A DNA stretch of 64,000 nt from an uncultured Bacteroidia bacterium. Lineage in GTDB: Bacteria; Bacteroidota; Bacteroidia; Bacteroidales; UBA932. Location of the stretch: assembly GCA_902798975.1 (NCBI GenBank), contig CADBYT010000011.1, positions 628-64,627 of the forward strand, written 5' to 3'. The translations under genes and the position numbers were made by a program. Positions 8,885 through 16,704 of the stretch are shown piece by piece; position 1 is the stretch's first letter; each line of letters starts with the position of its first letter. The notes beneath the pieces are model-generated. The model had not been told where the DNA came from, ran no database searches, and worked only from the letters and a program-made list of their open reading frames with translations.

Positions 8885-11262
8885 ATCATGCTGATTTTTG
8901 TTTTCTTGAGTCCTTTGCTACGGAGAACGACTACGCCCTTCCCCGGCTTGCCGGTGCGCTCTACGATGACGGTGAGTTTTCCGCTGAACAGGTGCATCTG
9001 AGGCTGCAGGAAAGACTCCAGACAGGTCGCATCGCCGTTCGCGATGGCCTTGAATCTCAGCCCGCGGCCGCGCACCCGCACGCTTACGGGGTTGTTCGCT
9101 GTGGGTACCGGAATGCCTGCTTTGTCCAACACGGATACGGTAATGAAAGAAAGGTCGTCGGAAACGAAAGCGGCCTCGGCTGCAAGTTTGGCAGGAGCCC
9201 CGGCGGTGACTACGCTGTCGCGGCCGGCTTCCTTGCCGTCGGCGTCGTATGCGACCACCAGGACCGTTCCGGGTTCGTAGCGGACGTCTTTCCACATCAG
9301 GCGGTAGCGGTCTTCCACTTCGGCCGTCTGGCTTCCGTCTGTCGCGGGAGCGTCGGTCCGCTTGGTCCGCACGCCCTGGGAGACGCCGTTGATATAAAGT
9401 TCGGCCGAAGGCCAGGAGGTATAGACGAACACAGGGGTTGTTTCCCCCTCTCTGCCCGGCCAGGTCCAATGCGGGAGGATGTGAAGGGTGGGCGAGGCGG
9501 TGTTCCACACGCTGCGGTAGAGCCAGAAGCGGTCCTTGGGAAGGCCGGCCAGGTCCACGATGCCGAAATAGGAGCTGTGGCTGGGCCAGGCGTCCGTGTC
9601 GTAGGGGTGGGGTTCGCCCAAATAGTCGAAGCCGGTCCACACGAACTGCCCGAGATACCAGGGGTAGTCGTCGGCCAGGGCGAAATCGATGTCCGGGATG
9701 TTGCTCCAGGAGCTAGCGTCCTCGTCGTAGGAAGAGCTCTGGAGGTCCGGCGTCGTGGCGCTGAAGACTTTCTCTACCGGGAAATGGTAAACGCCGCGGG
9801 AGCTGACGGTGGAGGCCGTCTCGCTGCCGAGCAGGAATCCCTGCGGAAGCATCCGGATGCCCTCCAGGAAGAAATGCGTGCGGTAGTTGTAGCCCGGGAC
9901 GTCGAGGGCCGCGGCAAAGCCGTTGCGGTTGACCGTCCAGACCTGGTCCATGCCGCAGGTGACCGGACGGGTCGGATCTTCGCGGTGGCAGATATCCTGC
10001 AGGAAGCGGGCCGTCTCGATGCCGCCCGGGATGCCCTGCGAGGGAACCTCGTTGCCGATGCTCCACATCACCACACAAGGGTCGTTGCGATAGTGGCGGA
10101 GCATGTTGACCATGTCGCGCTCCGCCCACGCGTCGAAGAGCCGGTGATAGCCGTTCTCGCACTTGGCGATGTCCCACTCGTCGAAAGGCTCCAGCATCAT
10201 CATGAAACCCATCTCGTTGCAGAGTTTGACCAGTTCGGGCGCCGGCATGTTGTGGGAAGTGCGGATGGCATCGCAGCCCATGTCCTTGAGGATGCTCAGC
10301 TGTCGGCGTATGGCCGATTCGTTCACGGCGGAACCGAGCGGGCCGAGGTCGTGGTGCAGGCAGACGCCCTTGATCTGCCGGCGCTGTCCGTTCAGCTGGA
10401 AGCCACCCCCGGCGGTCACGGAAATGCTCCTTATGCCAAAAACCGTTTCGTAACGGTCGACTTCCTGTTGGTCCTTGCGCAGGATGATCACAGCCTTGTA
10501 CAGATTCGGAGTCTCCGGGCTCCACAGGGCCGGATGCCCGATATCAAGAAGCTGCTCCAAGCGAGCGGCGGCGGGGGTTTCGGCCGATTGGGCAACCACC
10601 TGACCGTCGCGGACGATATCGGTGCGTACAGTCACGCCCGCAAGCGGGCCGTCGACTTCTGTCCTGACAGAAACGAGCGCCTTTTCGGGTGAAACTTCAG
10701 GGGTCGTGATTTGCGTTCCCCAGACGGGAACGCGGGTTTCCGAGGTCTGGATGAGATGGACGTTGCGGTAAAGCCCGGCGCCGGGGTACCAGCGGGAGCT
10801 TCCCGGGAGGTTCTCCAACTCGACGCGGATGGCGTTGCTGCCCGCTTTCACGAACTCCGTGACATCGAAGTAGAAGGAATTATACCCGTAGGGCCATTCG
10901 CCTGCGAAGGCGCCGTTGACATAGACCCTGGCATTGGACATGGCCCCGTCGAAAAGCAGGGTCCATCTCGTTCCCGGTTGCTTGTCCATCTCGACGGTGC
11001 AGTCATAGAAGCCTTTCCCGATCCAGGGAAGTCCGCCGCTGCGGGCGGTTTTCTCGCTCGCTTCGGTCTCACCGTTCTGCAGGATGGCGACCACCTGCAG
11101 GTCGATGCTGCGGTCAAAAGGTCCTCCTATCGCCCAGTCGTGGGGAATACGCACCTGTTCCTTCCCGTTGAAAGTCCAGTCGCGCAGCAAGGTCTCGGTT
11201 CGCTGTGCGTGTGCCGTCAGGGAAAGGGCTGCAAGCAGGAGGATGGTACAGATTCTTTTCAT
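8881..11262 (-). CDS. GH2 beta-galactosidase
   Basis: Signal peptide; HDWAI, SRWYPGAGLYRNV, GVCLHHDLGPLG, IRTSHNMP, WSIGNE, SETAS, WTGFDYLGEP. Confidence 0.9.
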   Translation of the reverse strand: MKRICTILLLAALSLTAHAQRTETLLRDWTFNGKEQVRIPHDWAIGGPFDRSIDLQVVAILQNGETEASEKTARSGGLPWIGKGFYDCTVEMDKQPGTRWTLLFDGAMSNARVYVNGAFAGEWPYGYNSFYFDVTEFVKAGSNAIRVELENLPGSSRWYPGAGLYRNVHLIQTSETRVPVWGTQITTPEVSPEKALVSVRTEVDGPLAGVTVRTDIVRDGQVVAQSAETPAAARLEQLLDIGHPALWSPETPNLYKAVIILRKDQQEVDRYETVFGIRSISVTAGGGFQLNGQRRQIKGVCLHHDLGPLGSAVNESAIRRQLSILKDMGCDAIRTSHNMPAPELVKLCNEMGFMMMLEPFDEWDIAKCENGYHRLFDAWAERDMVNMLRHYRNDPCVVMWSIGNEVPSQGIPGGIETARFLQDICHREDPTRPVTCGMDQVWTVNRNGFAAALDVPGYNYRTHFFLEGIRMLPQGFLLGSETASTVSSRGVYHFPVEKVFSATTPDLQSSSYDEDASSWSNIPDIDFALADDYPWYLGQFVWTGFDYLGEPHPYDTDAWPSHSSYFGIVDLAGLPKDRFWLYRSVWNTASPTLHILPHWTWPGREGETTPVFVYTSWPSAELYINGVSQGVRTKRTDAPATDGSQTAEVEDRYRLMWKDVRYEPGTVLVVAYDADGKEAGRDSVVTAGAPAKLAAEAAFVSDDLSFITVSVLDKAGIPVPTANNPVSVRVRGRGLRFKAIANGDATCLESFLQPQMHLFSGKLTVIVERTGKPGKGVVVLRSKGLKKTKISMI

Positions 11263-13229
11263 TAGCGTTTGAATTCTACGACGAGAGCGCTCTTGGGCGC
11301 GATGGTGACACCGTCCCTGAGGGTGATGTTTTCTCCGGTGAGCACGTCACGGCCATCCACGGGGCCCGCCACGAATTCACGGTAGTGGTTCCAGTCGAGC
11401 GCGCGGGGCTCGAAAGTATTGTTGATGTATACGAAAACCGCGTCCGTGTCCGTGTAGCGAAAATAGGCATAGGTGTTGTCCGTGATGTTCGTGGCCCCGG
11501 TGTTGGCACGTGAAAGGAAATGGAGGGTCTTTCCGTCCTGAACGGCCTTGCAACCCTTGCGCCAGTTGAAGAGCCTGGCGGTGTAGTCATGCAACTCCGC
11601 TGCGTATCTGTAATCGCGGGGCGCCCGCTCGCGCCCGTCCTTGTCAAAGAGATGGACGGTGTCGTCCGGCCATCCTCCCGGGAAGTCGATGCGCTTGGCG
11701 CCGTCGTGGCCCGGCACATCCTTGCGCTCGAGGAACATCATCTCGTCTCCGTAGTAGAGCTGGGGGATGCCACGCAGCGTGGCAAGCAGGGTGATGGCAA
11801 GCTTCATACGGGCCGGGTCTTCGCGGAGCACGTCGCCCGTACGGGCGTGGTCGTGGTTGGCGAAGAAGGTCATCATATGGCTCAGGTCGCGGTAGGCGAA
11901 ATCCTGTGCAATGACGGTATAGATGCGTGTCATACCCTCGTCCCAGTTGACGTAATCCTCGCAGAGGGCTGTCTTGATGGCGCTTTCGAGCGGGAAGTCC
12001 ATGATGGAAGGCAGGTTCGAGTTGAAGCCGTTCACATTGGGGTTGTCCTTCTGCCAGTAGGCGAGTTGCGGAATATTTCTGTCCCAGCACTCGCCGACGA
12101 TGTTCAAATTGGGATACTCGTCGGTCACGGCCTTGCACCATCGCGACATCGGCTCCGGCTCATTGTAAGGGTAGGTGTCCACGCGCAGGCCGTCCAGACC
12201 GGCGTATTCAATCCACCACACGGCCCACTGCTGGAAATACTTCAGCACGTAGGGATTGTCCAGGTTCATGTCCGGCATGGAAGGGACGAACCAGCCGCTC
12301 TCCTGGCGCTCCCGGTCGCGTACGGAGGCGTTCGGGTCCATGTAGACGGAGAAGAGGGCGTTCATCTGCACATACGGCTCGGCCGGGTGGTACCAGTCCG
12401 CGAAGGGGGCGTTCCCCATCCACCAGTGGGCGGTGCCGCAGTGGTTCGTGACGATGTCCATGATGACCTTGATGCCCTTCGCGTGCGCGGCATCCACGAA
12501 CTGTTTGTAGAGCGCGTTGTCACCGAACCGCGGGTCGATGTGATAGTAGTCCGCACAGGCGTAGCCGTGGTAGGACTCCCGGGGCTGGTTGTCGAGCAGC
12601 AGCGGGGTGCACCAGATGGCGGTCACCCCGAGGTCCGCGAGGTAGTCGAGGTGGTCGATCATGCCCTGGATGTCGCCTCCGTGGCGGCATACGGGATCTG
12701 CGCGGTCCACCGCATCCGGCGTTTCGGGCACCTGCCAGGGGCGGGCGGAGCCATCGTCATACTCTTCGCCCGGCCAGGCGGCGTCGTTCCCGCCGGTAGC
12801 CGAGGCGAAGCGGTCGGGCATAATCAGATAGATCATGTCCGCGGTCGTGAAACTCTCTCGCTCCCGGCTGCCGGCCGCGCGCTCGCGGATGACGTAGGGG
12901 TACTTGAACTGTTCCGACCCTTTGGTAAAGACGAGATTGTATTCACCCGGGGCCTTCACCGCCATATCGAGGAAGAGGAAGTCGGGGTTGTCCGCCGGGT
13001 GGACGGCCGTCACGTTCAGGCCACGACCCTCGACGGCCACGTCGAAGGCGCCGATGCCGGGGCCCTGCACCATCAGTTGCAGAGGCGTATTCATGCCGGT
13101 CCACCAGCAAAGGGGTTCTACGCGCTGGATCTGCGCGTCGGAGGCCTCAGGCACGCTGGAATAGTCAGCTGCCGGTTGGCAGCAAATCGCCACCGCGGCC
13201 AGGGTCAATATTGCTAGAAATCTCTTCAT
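11262..13229 (-). CDS. susA: GH13 neopullulanase/cyclomaltodextrinase (SusA-like), lipoprotein signal
   Basis: N-domain RVEPLCWWTGM, YLIMPDRF, HGGDIQG, SYHGY, GWFVPSMPDMN, LRVDTYPY, VGECW, NHD; start taken at MKRFLAIL. Confidence 0.9.
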   Translation of the reverse strand: MKRFLAILTLAAVAICCQPAADYSSVPEASDAQIQRVEPLCWWTGMNTPLQLMVQGPGIGAFDVAVEGRGLNVTAVHPADNPDFLFLDMAVKAPGEYNLVFTKGSEQFKYPYVIRERAAGSRERESFTTADMIYLIMPDRFASATGGNDAAWPGEEYDDGSARPWQVPETPDAVDRADPVCRHGGDIQGMIDHLDYLADLGVTAIWCTPLLLDNQPRESYHGYACADYYHIDPRFGDNALYKQFVDAAHAKGIKVIMDIVTNHCGTAHWWMGNAPFADWYHPAEPYVQMNALFSVYMDPNASVRDRERQESGWFVPSMPDMNLDNPYVLKYFQQWAVWWIEYAGLDGLRVDTYPYNEPEPMSRWCKAVTDEYPNLNIVGECWDRNIPQLAYWQKDNPNVNGFNSNLPSIMDFPLESAIKTALCEDYVNWDEGMTRIYTVIAQDFAYRDLSHMMTFFANHDHARTGDVLREDPARMKLAITLLATLRGIPQLYYGDEMMFLERKDVPGHDGAKRIDFPGGWPDDTVHLFDKDGRERAPRDYRYAAELHDYTARLFNWRKGCKAVQDGKTLHFLSRANTGATNITDNTYAYFRYTDTDAVFVYINNTFEPRALDWNHYREFVAGPVDGRDVLTGENITLRDGVTIAPKSALVVEFKR

Positions 13230-13239
13230 ATTATCATTC

Positions 13240-13265
13240 GTCATTCGCCGGCTCTAACCGGCGAA
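13240..13265. repeat. CGTC-type REP-like palindrome (degenerate end)
   Basis: GTCATTCGCCGG-CTCTAA-CCGGCGAA between GH53 and susA. Confidence 0.75.
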
Positions 13266-13273
13266 ATTCGTTC

Positions 13274-14329
13274 CTATCGTCCAAGCGGGTCCAGCGCTGC
13301 CGTCGGCTTGCCGCCGGAGAAAGCGCCGTAGTCATAGCCGTTGCGGTCATGTTCGGCCTCCGGCTCCCAGTAGAAGATGCCCTGGAAGTAATCGAGCTTC
13401 TGCGTGTTCTGCATCAGGTATTGTAGCGCCGCCTTCGCCTTGGCGGGCTCGCTGGCCGGCATCCCGAACTCCACCAGCAGGACAGGCTTTCCGTAATTCT
13501 GGTACAAGGTCGGCAGGTTGTTCACGAACTGCTGCACCTTCGGGGTCCAGTCGGGGTAGGCGCCGTTCTCCCAGTAGGAGGGATAGAGTGACAGTCCCAG
13601 GATGTCGTATTCCAGCGAACGGCTCTTCATCAGGCCGAGGAACCAGTTCAGCGTGCTGAGGTTCCAGCCGTTGTCCAGGTGCAGGATGACCTGCGCCTGC
13701 GGGAAAACGGCCTTGACGGCTTCCCGCCCGGCATGGAAATAGCTGACAAACTGCCCCACGGACGAGCCGGCCACCTTGCCGCTATCCCAGAGCATGCCGT
13801 TCGTGGTTTCGTTGCCCACCTGCACCCAGGCCACCTCCACTCCGGCGCTCTTGAGCGCCTGCAGAACCTCCTGCGTGTGCGCCTTCACGGCCGCGGTCAT
13901 CGCGGCGGCATCTTTCCCCTGCCAGGCGGCGGGGACATTCTGCTTGCCGGGATCGGCCCAGGAGTCGCTGTAGTGGAAGTCGATCAGCAGCTTCAGGCCC
14001 AGCGCCTGGGCGCGTTTCGCTTTCGCGACCACGTCCGCCTGACCATTCCAGCCACCTTCGGGGTTCACCCACACGCGCAGGCGGATGGCGTTGCAGCCAA
14101 GCTCCTTCATCAGGGCGGTGAGCTCGCGCTCCTGCCCGGCGGCATTATAGAACTTGTAACCGTTTTTCTCCATCTCCGTGACCCAGCTGATGTCAGCGCC
14201 CTTGCAGAAGAAGCTTTCCGGCTCCACTTCAGGCGGGGTCTCCGGGGTGGTTTGAGGTGCTTTTCCGCAGCAGACGCACAAGAAAGCCGCCGCCGCGAGA
14301 AGGGTGAGAATATACTGTTTCCGAATCAT
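13274..14329 (-). CDS. GH53 endo-beta-1,4-galactanase, lipoprotein
   Basis: KGADISW, RLRVWVNP, DFHYSDSWADPGKQ, QVGNE, YWEPE; start re-assigned to MIRKQYIL...LCVCC. Confidence 0.92.
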   Translation of the reverse strand: MIRKQYILTLLAAAAFLCVCCGKAPQTTPETPPEVEPESFFCKGADISWVTEMEKNGYKFYNAAGQERELTALMKELGCNAIRLRVWVNPEGGWNGQADVVAKAKRAQALGLKLLIDFHYSDSWADPGKQNVPAAWQGKDAAAMTAAVKAHTQEVLQALKSAGVEVAWVQVGNETTNGMLWDSGKVAGSSVGQFVSYFHAGREAVKAVFPQAQVILHLDNGWNLSTLNWFLGLMKSRSLEYDILGLSLYPSYWENGAYPDWTPKVQQFVNNLPTLYQNYGKPVLLVEFGMPASEPAKAKAALQYLMQNTQKLDYFQGIFYWEPEAEHDRNGYDYGAFSGGKPTAALDPLGR

Positions 14330-14340
14330 GAGCGTTCTGT

Positions 14341-16602
14341 TTAATTGTGCAGGATGAAAACGGCGGACGAATACGGATCCAGGGTCAGGACGCGGTCGGA
14401 GACCACATCGCCCCGGGAGGTAGTCTTCAAGGTGGCGGTGCCGGTGAGGGCCACGCAGCGGCTGAGGTCCTGCGTGCCGAAAGACGCCGCGGCCTTGCTG
14501 CCGCTGAAATTGTGGACCACGAGCGCCGTCTGTCCGTCTGAAGTCACGGTCCAGGCGCTGAGGGCACTGCTGGACGTATTTACGGGCGTCATTTCGCCGC
14601 CGGCGAGGGCCTTGTATTCGTTGCGGAGCTGCGAGAAGCATTGATAGAGACGCAGCAGCGATGCCTCGTTTTCATTTTGCGCCTCCACGCTGATCTCGGC
14701 AGAGAGCATATTGTTGTCCACTTTACCGCTCAGGGCTGCGGAAGGCACGGCACCGCTGCGCGTCCACTTGATGGGTGTGCGGACGTACTCGTCTCCCTTG
14801 CCTTTGCTGCCCCAGTAGCCGAGTTCTTCGCCCTGATAGATGTAGGGCTTGCCCGGTGAGGTCAGCAGCACGGCGGCGGCCAGTTTTTCCTTGGCCAGGC
14901 TCCGGCCGAGATCCTCGGCGGCGCGGTCCTCGTCATGGTTGGAGAGTTTGATGGCGTCGATGAAGTCGGAACGGTATTTTCTGAACTGTTTCTGGAAAGA
15001 AACGAGCGTCGTCGCGAAATCATCGCCCTTGCCCTTGCCGATGCGGTCCTTGAGGGTGTACCAGTAGTAGAAATTGAAGTTGGACGGCAGCCCCTCGTAG
15101 TAGGGCGCCATCTCCTCCGCGTTGTCGCACCAGGCCTCGCCCACCATATAGAAATCCCCCTGGCCGCCGTTGGCCTTCCAGAGGGTGTTGCAGCTGTCAT
15201 ACCACTGTTTGAGGAAGGCCACGTTGGCCGTGGTGTTTTTCTGGTAGATCCAGATCACGGCGTCGAGGCGCAGGCCCGCCACGCCCAGTTGGATCCACTT
15301 GTCGACGGAAGCCACAAGGTCCTTGAAGGCCGGTGACGTGGCGGCGCTGGCGGCCGGGCCGTAATACAGGTCGGGCATCGAAGCGTCGAAGCTCGCGTAA
15401 TACTGGACGGATGTGCCCCCGAAGATGAGATCGTTGGCGGCGCTTCCCTTGACCAGGGTTTTGGGCGTGCCGAATTCGACCAGTTTGTCGTCCGCCCGGG
15501 CTCCCCACTTGTGGTCGTCCCACAGCGTGGCGTCATCCTTGACCAGGACGCCCCAGTCATTGTTGATGGAGAGCGTGATCTCGAAGATGTTGTTCCCGGT
15601 CTTGTACATCCGGATGGCGTTGTTGTCGTAGATGAACCACTTGACCGAAGTGTCCGTGTTTCCGCTCTGTGCGTTGTCGGTCGTTTTCGTGATGGTCAGT
15701 TTGGGCTGCGAGGCATTCGTGGCGTCCAACTTGAAATGCAGCAGGCCGTGGTAGCCGAGCTCGCCGCTGGAAGACGAGTACCATTGGCCCATCCCGCCGG
15801 TGACGGATTCGCCGGGTTTGTCTTCAAACACATAATAGTTGCGATACGGGCTGCCTGGATTGACGCAGGCAGCCTTGAACCAGGGATTTTCGTTGCCGGT
15901 ATGGTTCAGCACATAGTCCATATAAATTTTGATACCCCGGGCTTTGGCCATGTCGATTAATTCCCGGAAATCGTCCTCCGTGCCGAGCTTGGGATTAATC
16001 TCGTTGTAGTCAATGACATCGTATCCGTGGTAGGACATGGAAGTCTGCACCGGAGACAGCCAGAGGGCGCTTACGCCGAGCTCGTCGAAGTAGTCGAGGT
16101 GCTGCGTCACGCCGCGCAGGTCGCCCCATCCGTCTCCGTCGGAGTCGGCAAAGCTGTACACGTTCAGCTGGTAAGTGACATTGGCGCGTTTCTCCCCGTC
16201 CCAGGACAGGTCTTCGGCCGTGAGCGTCTGCGTGACGGTTTTGTCCTGGGCCTCGCCCGCCACCTGGCTGACGCTGACGGAGACAGGAGAGCAGCCGCTC
16301 GCCGCAAACGTGATTTCGGTCGTACGGGGCTGGTCTGTCAGGTTGGTGACGGCGGTGACGTCCAAGGTGGCGTTGCCTTCGCCGGTATAGGCGGACAGGG
16401 AACACCAGGAGCCGCCGTTGGCCACGGTGGCGGTCCAGCGGATGTTGCTGGAGACGGTCAGGGAGAGTTTAGACTCCCCGGCGGTCTGGAAAGAAAGGGA
16501 TTTGGGGGAGACGGAGAGCGTGTTCTGCTGCTCCGCTCCGGTCGGCTTCTCGCAGGCGGCCAGCAGCGCCATCCCTGCCAAAAATATGAGGAATCTTTTC
16601 AT
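14341..16602 (-). CDS. susG: SusG-like surface alpha-amylase (BACON-like domain + GH13 with inserted CBM58-like domain)
   Basis: Lipobox LLAAC; YSFADSDGDGWGD, SYHGYDV, YVLNHTG, insert GLLHFKLD...NNIFEITL...WGVLV, RLDAV, VGE, LSNHDEDR. Confidence 0.88.
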   Translation of the reverse strand: MKRFLIFLAGMALLAACEKPTGAEQQNTLSVSPKSLSFQTAGESKLSLTVSSNIRWTATVANGGSWCSLSAYTGEGNATLDVTAVTNLTDQPRTTEITFAASGCSPVSVSVSQVAGEAQDKTVTQTLTAEDLSWDGEKRANVTYQLNVYSFADSDGDGWGDLRGVTQHLDYFDELGVSALWLSPVQTSMSYHGYDVIDYNEINPKLGTEDDFRELIDMAKARGIKIYMDYVLNHTGNENPWFKAACVNPGSPYRNYYVFEDKPGESVTGGMGQWYSSSSGELGYHGLLHFKLDATNASQPKLTITKTTDNAQSGNTDTSVKWFIYDNNAIRMYKTGNNIFEITLSINNDWGVLVKDDATLWDDHKWGARADDKLVEFGTPKTLVKGSAANDLIFGGTSVQYYASFDASMPDLYYGPAASAATSPAFKDLVASVDKWIQLGVAGLRLDAVIWIYQKNTTANVAFLKQWYDSCNTLWKANGGQGDFYMVGEAWCDNAEEMAPYYEGLPSNFNFYYWYTLKDRIGKGKGDDFATTLVSFQKQFRKYRSDFIDAIKLSNHDEDRAAEDLGRSLAKEKLAAAVLLTSPGKPYIYQGEELGYWGSKGKGDEYVRTPIKWTRSGAVPSAALSGKVDNNMLSAEISVEAQNENEASLLRLYQCFSQLRNEYKALAGGEMTPVNTSSSALSAWTVTSDGQTALVVHNFSGSKAAASFGTQDLSRCVALTGTATLKTTSRGDVVSDRVLTLDPYSSAVFILHN

Positions 16603-16634
16603 GGCGAAATGATTGTTTTCTGCAGGGAAATTTA

Positions 16635-16642
16635 CAAATATA
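16635..16642 (-). promoter_or_regulatory. Internal -7 promoter (TAtaTTTG) for the susG-to-malQ enzyme block
   Basis: Exact consensus just past the terminator, about 30 nt before the susG ATG. Confidence 0.6.
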
Positions 16643-16652
16643 CAAAAAAAAC

Positions 16653-16683
16653 AAAAGCGCCAACCCGAAGATTGGCGCTTTTT
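16653..16683. terminator. Intrinsic terminator after the susF-like gene
   Basis: AAAAGCGCCAA-cccgaaga-TTGGCGCTTTTT with A/T tracts on both sides. Confidence 0.8.
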
Positions 16684-16704
16684 GTCATGGAGCCGGGAGA
16701 ACGA

